A stretch of DNA of 64,000 bases, from NCBI RefSeq assembly GCF_009914755.1, contig NC_060925.1, one strand, 5' to 3'. This DNA comes from the human T2T-CHM13v2.0 reference genome, Homo sapiens. The notes beneath the pieces are model-generated. The model made no database searches. It worked only from the letters and a program-made list of their open reading frames with translations, and was not told the DNA's origin. The position numbers were made by a program, and so were the translations under genes. Within the stretch, counting starts at the first letter, position 1. Every line of letters begins with the position of its first letter. Of this stretch, positions 27,091 to 40,836 are shown piece by piece.

Positions 27091-27585
27091 TGTATTAATC
27101 TCTTGTGGCTGCAGTAACCAATTACCACAAATTTGGTGGCTTAAAAAGACAGAAATATATTTTCTCAGTTCCGGAGGCAAAATGTCTGAAATCAGTATCA
27201 GTGGGCCAAAATCAAGGTTTTCCAAATTCTGCTCCCTCTAGAGGAGAATCCATTCCTTGCTTCTTTCAGCTGCTGATGGCTGTCTGCACACATTGGTCTA
27301 GGTCACATCACTACAATTTTCAAGGTCAGTATCTTCAAATATCTTTCTGCTTAGTCTTCACATTACCTATTCCTGTGTATGTTCATGTGCATGTAAAATC
27401 TCTCTCTGCATTCCTTCTTATAAAGGATACATGTGGTAGAAGTCAGGGCCCACATGGATAATCAAGGATAATCTCCCTATCTGAAGACCTTTAACTTAAT
27501 CATATCTGCAAAACTTTTCCAAATGAGGTAGCATTCCTAGCTTCCAGGGGTTAAAACGGATCTCTTTTTTGAGCGGAGAGGGGAT
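27091..27585 (-). mobile_element. MLT1C/MST-type MaLR LTR
   Basis: tgtatta...taaccaattaccacaaatttggtggcttaaaa...cttaatcatatctgcaaa. Confidence 0.8.
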
Positions 27586-27709
27586 GAGCATTGGCTATTG
27601 TCTGAAATAGGATTTTGAAAGTATGAAGAAAAAGAGAGAGAAAGATTTGGAACTGTGAAGAAAAAATAGTGTGATAGTTTCTGTTATTATCTTTTAAGAC
27701 TCACAAACA

Positions 27710-28011
27710 GGCCAGGCGCAGTGGCTCACGCTTGTAATCCCAGCACTTTGGGAGGCCGAGGCGGGCGGATCACGAGGTCAGGAGATCTAGACCACGGTGA
27801 AACCCCGTCTCTACTAAAAATACAAAAAAAAAAAAAAAAATTAGCCGGGTGTGGTGGCGGGCGCCTGTAGTCCCAGCTACTCGAAGAGGCGGAGGCAGGA
27901 GAATGGCGTGAACTCGGGAGGCGGAGCTTGCAGTGAGCCGAGATTGCGCCACTGCACTCCAGCCTGGGCGACAGAGACTCCGTCCCAACAAAAAAAAAAA
28001 AAAAAAAAAAA
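27710..28011 (+). mobile_element. AluY with the 12-bp left-arm deletion of the Yd lineage (Yd3-like)
   Basis: agacca^cggtgaaacccc deletion, cacgcttgta, gagaatggcgtgaac; many CpGs retained; tttt/aa site at the 5' junction. Confidence 0.88.
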
Positions 28012-28489
28012 AAGGCTTACAAATAGCACTCAAGTAATTTACTGAATCCAGGGATTCTCTACTCATTGTCTTGCCATTGTTTTCCTAATCTTAATAATTA
28101 CTTTATAAATAATAACCACTGTATAAATAAAAATATTACTGATGTAAGTAAATTGTACAGGGAAAAATTATGGAAAGAAAAAGAAACAAAAAAGATTGAG
28201 ATCCATTATTTTCATCTAATCTTTACTATATCAGAATGATATAGATGGTTAGACATTATTATATGCACCTCTCAGAAGAGGGATCTATGGCTTGGAGACC
28301 TTAAATGATGTTCTTCTGGTTCTTAACTCAAGATACAAGTTTTCTATTTTAGAAACAAATATTTGATGGTGCTCTAAAATGCATGCACTGTGATGTTTCT
28401 CTTTCTGGTCAATTTCAATATTCCCAGCTCCTAACACAGATTAGTCCTACAGTAAGTAGTTAATTATCTAACCAAAGGAGTTAAGGACT

Positions 28490-29480
28490 CTACTCACCTG
28501 GACAAGATTCTGGACTTCAAATTGATACTGTTACAGATAAGATATTTGGGAACTTTGGAGGAGATGAGTGTATTTTGCATGTGGGAAGAACATGACACAT
28601 CGTGAGCCAATGGACAAACTGTAGTAGCTGGCCTCCATAATGACCTCTGGGTTCACTTGTCTGTTTTCACACCCTTGCATGCTTACCTCCCATATTGTAC
28701 CAGGTTGCTCTGCATGAACAACAATAATATGTAACAGAATTTATTTTTTAAAAAATTTCAACTTCTATTTTAAATTCAGAGGGCACCTGTTCAGGTTTGG
28801 TACAAAGGAATATTGGATGATGCTGAGGTTTGGGGATACAAATTGAACCCATCACTCAGGTAGTGAGCATAGTACCTAATTTGTAGTTTTTCAGCCCTTG
28901 ATCCTCTCCCTGCCTCCTCTCTCCTGTAGTTCTCAGTGTCTATTGTTCCCATCTATATGTCCATGTGTATCCAATGTTAAGCTCCCAATTAAAAGTGAGA
29001 ACATACAGTATTTGGTTTCTGTTTCTGCATTAATTCACTAGGATAATGGCCTCCAGATGCATGCATGTTGAATTAATATTATGTCACTTCCAAGATTAAG
29101 TTGTTAAAAACTGTGACTTCCATCTTGTGTTCTGTATTCCTCAGGTCACTCACTCTGGGCAGTATGAGCTGCCATGTTTTGAGCAACCCTATGAAAAGGC
29201 CCACCTGGCAGGGAACTGAGGCCCCAGGCCAACAGCCAGCAAGAAACTGAGGCCTGCCAGCAACCATGTGAATGGTCCTGGAAGTGGAATTCTTCATCCC
29301 CAGTTGACTTTTCAGATGTCTGTAGCCCTGGCTGACAGCCTAACTGCCACCCAACAAGACTCCACATATAGGACTCTGGTTTCCAGATATACAGAAAACG
29401 CTGAGTGAGATGATAAATGTTTGTTGTTTTTAAGATGCCAAGGTTTAGTATATTTTTATGTAGTAACAGATAATATAGAT
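28490..29480 (+). mobile_element. MLT1F-type LTR (28620-~29480) with an upstream internal remnant, split by an L1
   Basis: atgtcacttccaagattaag, aaggcccacctggcagggaactgaggcc, ataaatgtttgttgtttttaag. Confidence 0.8.
28741..29070 (-). mobile_element. L1PA15/16-like 3' end
   Basis: Antisense 3'UTR gatgctgaggtttgggg...gtagtgagcatagtacctaat. Confidence 0.8.
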
Positions 29481-29550
29481 ACACATACACTCATACATAC
29501 ACATATACTAACACGAAATTTTTAACGAACCAAGTTCTGTTTAAAAATTA

Positions 29551-30140
29551 TGGAAGACAGTGTGGCGATTCCTCAAGGATCTAGAGATACCATCTGACCC
29601 AGCCATCCCATTACTGGGTATATACCCAAAGGATTATAAATCATGCTGCTATAAAGACACATGCACCCATATGTTTATTGTGGCACTATTCACAATAGCA
29701 AAGACTTGGAACCAACCCAAATGTCCATCAATGATAGACTAGATTAAGAAAATGTGGCACATATACACCATGGAATACTATGCAGCCATAAAAAAGGATG
29801 AGTTCATGTCCTTTGTAGGGACACGGATGAAACTGGAAATCATCATTCTGAGCAAACTATCACAAGAACAGAAAACCAAACACCGCACATTCTCACTCAT
29901 AGGTGGGAATTGAACAATGAGAACACTTGGACACAGGAAGGAGAACATCACACACCGGGGCCTGTTGTGGGGTTGGGGGAGTGGGGAGGGATAGTATTAG
30001 GAGATAAACCTAATGTAAATGACCAGTTAATGGGTGCAGCACACCAACATGGCACATGTATACATATATAACAAACTTGCACATTGTGCACATGTACCCT
30101 AGAACTTAAAGTAAAATAAAAAAAGAAAAATAAAGAAAAA
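29551..30140 (+). mobile_element. L1PA5-like 3' fragment
   Basis: ORF 29560..29742 '[24 protein letters not shown]', G-rich 3'UTR, A tail, TSD taaaaatta. Confidence 0.93.
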
Positions 30141-30524
30141 TAAAAATTACATTAAAATAAGCATGCATAAAAGGATAGTTCAGAAAGGATAATGAAGAAT
30201 TCCTAATCTTCCTTAATATTTAAACATATAACAAAATCATAACATTTAGAATAGAGTGATTCTAGTGCATGAATACAAAGATAAAACAATGGAAAGAAGG
30301 AAGGCAAATTTAAAAACACAGCGAACTTGATGTTTTCAATGATTGGGGAAATACAGATTTTTTAACAGATCGTATTGCTATGTCTCACTAAAAAATTGAG
30401 TAAAGAATTAAATTTCATTTTTACCAAACATCTGACCAAATTCATTCATATCAAAGATCCACTGTAGAAAATTAAATTGGACTAACTTTTGAGAACACAA
30501 GAAGAGGGACTGCTTTTGTTTTCC

Positions 30525-31238
30525 TATTTTTTTCTGTTTTTATAGATGTAAGGGGTACAAGTGCAGTTTTGTTACACAATATATTGCATAATGGTGAAGT
30601 ATGGGCTGTTTTTAGTGCTCCCATTGCCCGAATTGTCTACATGCCCAGTGATTTCTCATTCCTCGCTCCTCTCCTATACCTGGGCCTCCAGCATCTATTA
30701 TTACACTATCTCTGTTCATGTCTACATATTATTTAACTCTTGCTTATCAGTGAGAACAAGCGGTACTTGACTTTCTGTTTATGAATTAGTTTACTTAAAT
30801 AATGGCCTCTGGGTTCATCCACATTGCCGTAAAAACATTACATCGTTCTTATGTCTGAGTAGTATTTTGTGGGATATATATATATATATACATATATATA
30901 ATATTTTCTTCATCCAGTCATCCATTGATGGGCACCTAGGTTGATTCTATGTCTTTGCTATTGTGAATAGTGCGGCAACAAACATATGAGTGCAGGTATC
31001 TTTCTAGAATAATGGTTTCTTTTAATTTGGGTAGATAGCCAGTAGAGGAATTGCAGTGTCTAAAGGTAGTTCTATTTTTAGTTCTTTGAAAAATCTTCAT
31101 AATGTTTTCCATAGAGGTTTACTAATTTACACTCTCATGAACAGTGTTATAAGCTTTCCTTTTCTCTGCATCCTCTCCAACATCTTTTGTTTTTTGACTT
31201 TTTAATAATCGCCATTCTGACTGGTGTAAGAGACATTT
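30525..31238 (-). mobile_element. L1PB-like 3' fragment
   Basis: Antisense L1 3'UTR and ORF2 end. Confidence 0.8.
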
Positions 31239-31913
31239 TGATGGTAAAAGTACTTTGAAAAATAATTGAAAACTGAGAAACCAAAGAAATTTTAGACAGT
31301 AAAATTTTTTTGTTATTTTCACATTTCTAGGATTGAAATTAATGAAAATTTAATGAGTGGTAATTAAGAAGGCCTACTGAAACTAGAGTATAGCTTTTTA
31401 TCTAAAAATTCCATAGTTTGCTTATTTCCTACAGATATAATTGAATGTCTGCATAATATATGCATAAATTTATAGAAAGTTTCTTTTCTAAAAAAAATCA
31501 GAAGCAATATGACTAGCTACATGAATCACATGACATCCATAAGAACACTTCCATAGCCATATAGAATAATAAAGAAGCTACATATGTTCTAGTTTAGAAA
31601 AATCTACAAGAGAGAGCATTAAAAACAAAAAAGTTTAGAACAATATGTATACTCTAGTACAACTTGTTCGAAACAAAATAAACAACAATTATATGTGTTA
31701 ATATCTATAACCATGTAAGGCATGAAATTGAGTTCAAAGGATAGAGGCAAAGTCAGATCAGCAGCTGTCTCTTGAGAATGAAATAGAGTATTTAGAGATA
31801 AACTTCAAAAGAAATATATTTTGGTAGTATATTATATTATAAATATATTTGGAAATAAATTTTGAGTTTTGTAACATGAGCATTATTATCTATTAGTATT
31901 AAATAAATATTTT

Positions 31914-32200
31914 TGGTTTTATTTTTTTGAGACAGGGTCTCACTCTGTAGACCAGGCTGGAGTTTAGTGGAGTTTGGTGGCACCATCTCATCTCACTGCA
32001 GCCTCAACCTCCCACCTCAGCCTCCCAAATAGCTGTGACTACCCACACAGCACGCCACCACACCAGGCTAATTTTTGTACTTTTTGTAGAGACAGGGTTT
32101 TGCCATGTTGCCCAGGCTGGTCTGGAACTCCTGGGCTCAAGCAATCTGCCTGCCTCTGTGGCCTCCCAAAGTTACAGGCCTGCGCCATCGTGCCATGCCC
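31914..32200 (-). mobile_element. AluJ
   Basis: gagacagggtctcactctg, actcctgggctcaagc; TSD ataaatatttt (31903-31913 / 32201-32211). Confidence 0.9.
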
Positions 32201-32212
32201 ATAAATATTTTA

Positions 32213-33707
<1,495 letters not shown>

Positions 33708-33789
33708 TTAAAGTAAAAATAGAACATGCAGAGTTTGAATATAGTGTATCAAATGTATTTAATGTTCAACTGCTAAACAAGAAAGTGTG

Positions 33790-34087
33790 TTTTTTATTGT
33801 TGTTGTTGTTGTTGTTGAGTCAGGGTCTGGTTCTGTCACCCAGGCTGAAGTGCAGTGCTACAATCTGGTTTCACTGCAATCCCCCTGTCTCCCCTCAAGT
33901 TCAAGTGATCCTCCAACCTCAGCCTCTGGAGTAGCTGGGACTACAGGCGTCGCCCCACCAGGCCTCGCTAATCTTTATTGATTACTAGAGATGGGATCTC
34001 CCCATGTTTCTCAGGCTGGTCTCGAACTCCTGGGGTCAAGCTATCTACCCGCCTCCACCTCCCAGGCATGAGCCACCTCCTTCAGCC
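33790..34087 (-). mobile_element. AluJ with (GTT)n tail
   Basis: Diverged antisense dimer. Confidence 0.88.
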
Positions 34088-34117
34088 TTGGTTTCATATT
34101 TTAAAAAAGTCTTTCTT

Positions 34118-34250
34118 GGCTGGGTGTGGCAGTCATGACAACAGGCCTGAAGTCCCAGATACTTGTGAGGCTGAGACAAGATTGCCTGAGCCCAGGAGTG
34201 CAAGGCCAACCTGGGCAACATGGTGAGGCCCCATTTCTTAACAAACACTA
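34118..34250 (+). mobile_element. FLAM-like Alu monomer
   Basis: ggctgggtgtgg...gagcccaggag...cctgggcaacatggtgag. Confidence 0.8.
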
Positions 34251-34465
34251 ATTAAAAAAATTTAAGATCTGTAACATAAGACTATATATTTAGATAACTA
34301 TTAAAATGCAGAGTCATGTGATGAATAATTCTTTTCAGTACAAGAGAGACTCAGGACGTGGCTCATAAAGCGTAGTTTTTCACATAAAAAGTAAAATTGC
34401 CAAAATTAGTATAATTTTTAATTTTTAAAAAAGAAAAAAATAGTAACTATTATGGTTACTTATTA

Positions 34466-34590
34466 TTTTACTTATTATAGATGAGGTCTGTCTATGTTGT
34501 CCTGGCTGGACCTGAACTCCTGATCTGAAACTATCCTCTCACCTTAGCCTCCAGAGTAGCTGGGACTGCAAGCAAGCACCATCGTACCCC
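34466..34590 (-). mobile_element. FLAM_A-like Alu monomer
   Basis: Antisense monomer flanked by ttacttatta repeats. Confidence 0.75.
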
Positions 34591-35795
34591 AAAATTACTT
34601 ATTAATGAGAAAAAAAGGTATTTGCTTGTAATTATACTTTGAGAAGTTACATGTTAACACTTCAGTGAGAAAAAGTGTCAAAAAGAAATCAAATGAGAGA
34701 AATAAGTAGCTGAAATGAAAATTTACTCTTTAAACATGGCTGTCAGCCTACATTATTTAATGCCATCACAGTACATTATAATCCACAGAGATGTTAATTA
34801 ATATGAACATTTTTAATGCGTGCCTTTTAAACTGAGCATTTTTAAAACACATTCTATCAACTTCAGTTTTAGACATGTCACTAATTCATTTTATGTATTT
34901 GACAGTAGAGCAATTTAATAAAATTTTTCGAAAATACATTCTATACGTTTGCTTCCTGGAAGCCCAAAAATGGAGGAAATTTTAAAAATGAGTGGTTATA
35001 GCTATTTAAGAAAATCTAAAGGTATTAAAAAGAGCATCTTCAGGAATACTTTTGTTTGAAACACTATTAAAGATTCCACAGGAATTATGTGAGAAATTTA
35101 GCAGAATGTCAAATGATGGAAGCCTTAAAGCACGTTAGAGAGATTTCATTCCTAGCACTACCTACAATAGTTGTAAAATGAATTATAAAATTCTACTCTA
35201 CAATTTTTTCAGCAAATTTTTAAAAAAGATGAATAATATGTACAATTTACAGAGAAAAATATGACTATGAAATTAATATATCATGAAATGACATGTACAG
35301 GCAAATTGCATTGATAAGTATTTTTATAGAGGAGCTAATATTCTCCACCTTTTTCATTAGTATTTCAATTCCTCACATTCTTTGCATTCTCCGTTTTTTT
35401 GTAGACATCCTTTGCATAGTCTTTTCATTCATGTATCTTTTAACTACAAAGAAGAAAAAAGTGAGTTCATAATATAGCTATTCTCCTGGCTCCTTTCACC
35501 ATAGTTCCAAAGAGCTAATTGAGTGTGACACCCCTTTTCTGCTTGGAAGAAACTGCCTGCTGTCAGCATGATTTCACTTCTTATAAAATTGTCATTGCAG
35601 TTTCACCTGTCTCCTTCAGGAAGGATGCCCTGTCTTAAAGAGGAAGAAGCTAGAAAATCTCTTTGATAAGAAATTAAAAGATTTCTGGCCTCTCGTTGAA
35701 TATGTGAGCCCTGGCATGATTATTTTAAACTATATACCTTAGAACACTAACTGAAGAGTTCATAATATTATATATAAATATTCCATACAGTAAGT

Positions 35796-35978
35796 CAGTG
35801 TTCTCAAATGTGTTTCTCAGACCAGCAAAATAAGCAGCAGCAGGGGCTTGTTAGAAATTGAAACTACGGGGTTCTACCCCAGACAAACTAAACTAGAAAT
35901 TATGGGCATGGAATCCAGCAATCAGTATATAATAAACTCTCCAAATGATTCTGATTAATGCACAAGTGTGAAGAAATA
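35796..35978. mobile_element. MER5A (hAT-Charlie)
   Basis: cagtgttctcaaatgtg...cttgttagaaat...ccagcaatc...tgattctgat. Confidence 0.8.
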
Positions 35979-35994
35979 AGCTTAATAAAAATAG

Positions 35995-36440
35995 CCAGGG
36001 ATAGTAGGAAATACCTGAGTTCTAGAATAGGAAGTACCTAATTGTGAATACTTGCTCTTCCAGAGGAAGCAGTGGAAGATAATTGTTTAATATCGTGGCC
36101 TATCAATTGCATTGAAATTGTGTCTCCAGCAATTACAAACTCTAAGAGCTTATGCAAGATACTTAATAATTTGTTTATAATTTCTATTCTCTGTAAATAA
36201 GTGATAATGTTAGTGTTTAATGGCTATTTAGTAAGAACTTAATATATACTATATTTTGTTTGCCATATTATTGATTTTATATATTTTCATAGGCAAAATG
36301 CTTAATTTTCTGAGCATCAGTCTCTAATTCAAAAAAGTTGGAAAAATTATGTTTGCCTTGTAAGACTATTATACAAACCAAATATGAAAATGTGTAGTAT
36401 GAAATTTAGCACTGTACTTCAGGATATGCTAAGTAACCAA
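35995..36440 (+). mobile_element. MIR fragments
   Basis: Degenerate MIR cores (ggcaaaatgcttaattttctgagcatcagt; gcaagatacttaat...ctgtaaat). Confidence 0.55.
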
Positions 36441-37065
36441 TCCAAGATACCTTTGTATTTGTTTGAAATGATAATCATTTAACTAAGTTTTCACCATTTA
36501 ATGCTTTTATTGCTAAACATTAATTTCAGTACTTTCTTCACATTTTCTCTTGCTTAAAGTCAGTTTCTATTTGACATTCTTCAGTAGGCTGTATAACTCG
36601 TCTTTCAAAATGAATATTTCCTAAGCTGAACTCTTGATTTGCATACTATTTCTCATCCACCAGCCGAAATTGCTGCTCTCACAAACTATTCAAGATCAGT
36701 AAATGTCAATTTCTTCTACTCGCTCAGGCCAGACCTTTGAGTCATCCTTGATTTTTCTCTCTCTCTTTTCACTTCATATGTAATCTTTCAAAACTTCCTC
36801 TTTTTCTGGTTCCAAATATATATCCAGAACCAGAACATACCTCACTTCTTCCTCCACTTCCACTGTGCCTTGATCACCATTCTCCCTCACATGTTTGTTG
36901 AGTAGCCACCTGACTCATGTCTGTGTTTCATCTCCTGCTCTACCTTTATTTTCCAACAGAAGCCAGAGGGATGCTTTTAATAAGTAACTCATCCTCTATC
37001 TCTTCTCTCCTTAAACACCAACTACTCTCCATCACACTCAAAGAAAGAGTCAATGTGTCCTAAAT

Positions 37066-37170
37066 CAGTGCTTCTTAAACTATCTGTGGGACAAAAGATA
37101 ATTTTCCCCCTAGCTTTCATAGACCAATGCTATTGTAAAGATAGATAGATAGATGATAGATAGATAGATA

Positions 37171-37202
<32 letters not shown>

Positions 37203-37362
37203 AATATTAATGGAAAAGTTTAAGCCATGCAAATTTAAGTTTAGTGATCACATGCTCGGATGTTATGGTAATATCAAATAGCTATAAAAGTGTTTAAACA
37301 CATCCCTTCAGTGTCTCTATTTATCTTGGCAACTGATATATGGATCAGTTTTTGAACAGCCC
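37066..37362. mobile_element. MER5C-like hAT-Charlie element
   Basis: cagtgcttcttaaactatctgtgg terminus; caaatagctataaaagtg internal motif. Confidence 0.6.
37139..37201 (+). repeat. Compound (AGAT)n tetranucleotide STR
   Basis: AGAT runs interrupted by GAT and AAT. Confidence 0.97.
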
Positions 37363-38107
37363 TCTAGCCAGTTGTCTGTCCATACATATTTAATTCTTTG
37401 GCCTCATCTACAATTTTGCCCCTTGTTCAATCTGCGAACTGTGCTACTTGTAGGCATGTTTGTCCTCAAGATTTTGCCTTTGTTGATGTTTCTACTTGCA
37501 CAGTTTTTTTTTCCCCCTGAAAACTAAACATGCAGATCCTCACTTTTTCCACTCAAATATCAACTTCTCGTTGAATCCTTTTCTAAGTGCCTTTCTTAAA
37601 GTGTGCTATCCCACACATTCCTTTTCTGTTTTGTTTCCTCGTTTATACTTATCATTATGTACCACATATCAGGTATTTTACTTAATTATGTTAGCTACTG
37701 TCTGTCTTCCCAACCAGAATGCAAGCTCCATAAAGAGAAAGCTCATTGATTTTCCTGTGTAATTTCCTGAATGCAAAATACTCGCCAAGGAATGTACTGA
37801 TTCTAAATTATTTGAATTAAGATACTAAAAGAGATGGTTTAAATTCAATAGAAAGTCTTGAGGAAATGGTAACCCAGACTAGATTTCAGTCGAGATGCAA
37901 TTTCTAGTTTTAATTGAAGTTGAACATGTCACATACATTTTGTTTGCTCACAATTGAATTTATTTAGCATTTCATCAGGGAATCACAACAGCCATATAAC
38001 ACTGGTCTGATATTCCAGTATTTGCCAGGTTAAAAATTACACACACACAAAAACAAGGCTAAACTCCTGAACCTAACTGTGCTTTTACTCTTCAATACCT
38101 CCTGCTC

Positions 38108-39209
38108 TACCTAGGCAATACCATTTAGGACATAGGCATGGGCAAAGGCTTCATGACTAAAACACCAAAAGCAATGGCAACAAAAGCCAAAATAGACAAA
38201 TAGGATCTAATTAAACTAAAGAGCTTCTGCACAGCAAAAGAAACTATCATCAGAGAGAATAGGCAACCTACAGAATTGGATAAATTTTTGCGATCTATCC
38301 ATCTGAGAAAGGGCTAATATGCAGAATCTACAAATAACTTAAACTAATTTACAAGAAAAAAACAACCCCATCAAAAAGTGGATGAAGTATATGAACAGAC
38401 ACTTCTCAAAAGGAGACAGTTATGCAGCCAACAAACATATGAAGAAAAGCTCATCATTACTGGTCATTAGAGAAATGCAAATCAAAACCACAATGAGATA
38501 CCGTCTCATGCCAGTTAGAATGGTAATCATTAAAAAGTCAGGAAACAACAGGTGCTGGAGAGGATGTGGAGAAGTAGCAACACTTTTACACCGTTGGTGG
38601 TAGTGTAAATTAGTTCAGCCATTGTGGAAGACAGTGTGGTGATTCCTCAAGGATCAAGAACCAGAAATACCATTTGACCCAGCAATCCCATTACTGGGTA
38701 TGTACCCAAAGGATTATAAATCATTCTACCATAAAGACACATGCACACGTATGTTTATTGTGGCACTGTTCACAATAGCAAAGACTTGGAACCAACCCAA
38801 ATGCCCATCAGTGATGGACTGGATAAAGAAAATGTGGCACATATACACCATGGAATACTATGCAGCCATAAAAAAGGATGAGTTCATGTCCTTCGCAGGG
38901 ACATGGATGAAGCTTGAAACCATCATTCTCAGCAAACTAACACAAGAACGGAAAACCAAACACCAAATGTTCTCACTCATAAGTGGGAATTGAACAATGT
39001 GAACACATGGACACAGGGAGGGGAACATCACACACTGGGGCCTCTCAGGGGGTGGGAGCCTGGGGGTGAATAGCATTAGGGGAAATACCTAATGTAGATA
39101 ATAGGTTGATGGGTGCAGCAAACCACCATGGCACATATATACCTATGTACCAAACCTGCACATTCTGCACATATACCCCAGAACTTAAAGTATAATTAAA
39201 AAAAAAAAG
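38108..39209 (+). mobile_element. L1PA7-like 3' fragment
   Basis: ORFs 38382..38603 and 38700..38993 are the ORF2p C-terminus; 3'UTR and A tail present. Confidence 0.93.
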
Positions 39210-39274
39210 ACTCAGGTATGTTCCAAATACTTTTTAAACATGTATTCTTAGTTCTCTATAACATTATCAAGTCA

Positions 39275-39560
39275 CATATATATACACATATACATATGTA
39301 TTATGTACATATATATACATATACATATGTATTATGTACATAATACATATACATATACATACACATACACATACATATATATATATATGCATGCCATGGA
39401 ATACTATGCAGCCATATAAAAGAATGAGATCTTGTTCTTTGCAGGGACATGGATGGATCTAGAGGCCATTATACTTAGCAATCCAATACAAGGGCAGAAA
39501 ACCAAATATGGCCATGGAATATTATGCAGCCATATAAAAGAATGAGATCATGTTCTTTGC

Positions 39561-39593
<33 letters not shown>

Positions 39594-39649
39594 TATATGT
39601 ATAAAATCACATATATATATAAAATCACATATACACATAAAATCACACA

Positions 39650-39680
<31 letters not shown>

Positions 39681-39985
39681 ATGTTTTATTTACCAGTCTA
39701 CCATTGATGGGCGTTTAGTTTGATTCCATGTCTTCATTATTGTGAATCCTGCTGCACTGAACATATACATGCATGTGTCTTTATGACAGAACTATTTATA
39801 TTCCTTTAGGTATATACCCAGTAAGGGGATTGCTGGGTCAAATAGTAGTCCTGTTTTTAGGTCTTTGAGGAATTTCTGCACTGTTTTCCACAATGTTTGA
39901 ACCAATTTACACTCCCATCAACAGTGTAACCATTCCTTTTTCTCTGCAATCTCACCAACATGTGTTATTTTTTTACTTTATAATA
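39275..39985. mobile_element. Rearranged old L1PA/PB 3' fragment embedded in TA/CA microsatellites
   Basis: Plus-strand L1 at 39392-39561, minus-strand L1 at ~39680-39985. Confidence 0.8.
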
Positions 39986-40836
39986 CTTTTTGATATTTCT
40001 ACAACTTTTAAGTATCCCTAAAACATATTTCCTTCTTTTCAGACCAATATCTCATTGGTTAATAAATATTAATCTTATAATAACAATAAAATACAACTAA
40101 CATAAGGTTGAAAAAATGCAAATGAGTATTTCCCAAAACATCATCAGTTTTGGGAAGTGTGCCAAGATATTAAAGAGTGGCCTATTGGCCATAAATAATC
40201 AGCATCCAATGAGAACCAGCAGCTGTATTTTACAATGGAAATGGATACCTTTGCTTAATTATTCAGTTATTTAAAGGAATTTTATGAAGAGTACATCTGC
40301 AGTACAGATGAACAAGTCTATATTTGTGTTAATCTCAGTTATTAAGCTAAACATTAGTGATAAGATCTTAGAAGTGGACAGGTCTATTTTGAGTATGCAT
40401 TACATTGTACCATTTGTACCATTTCTGTAAAGTAGCAGAGCAGATTTCACTGTGGTGGTGATGCAAACGATTATTAACTTTCATAAGGGTTTATGTAGAG
40501 CCATATTTTATATATTAAATATATTTTTTATTATTTATTCACACACTATAAAAGGATCTCATTTACAATAATTTGAGTCTTTTATTTTGATACAAGGTGG
40601 GTATTTACAATTAAATTAACACAGGTATACCAATTTAGATATGTATGAAAGAAAACAGGTTATTTTATCTCATTTACTAATTCACTACACCTTGTGCAAA
40701 TTAAAGTGTATGTGTATTTTCTGGTAGACACTAATGAACACTGAAGAAATGTCAGTTACAGGGCAGAAGTAAGGGTGGTTGGTAAAGAGCTTAAAATAAT
40801 TAGAAGTTAACAGTCATATTATCTTCTTAAGGTTTT

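Larger units (their letters stand above)
36550..37820 (+). mobile_element. L2a 3' region split by a MER5C-like element
   Basis: ctcaggccagacctttgagtcatccttgatt, caacagaagccagagggatgctttt, tctgtcttcccaaccagaatgcaagctccat. Confidence 0.75.

Noticed and set aside
27710-27990. Local CpG density as a CpG island
   Set aside because: Entirely within a young AluY.
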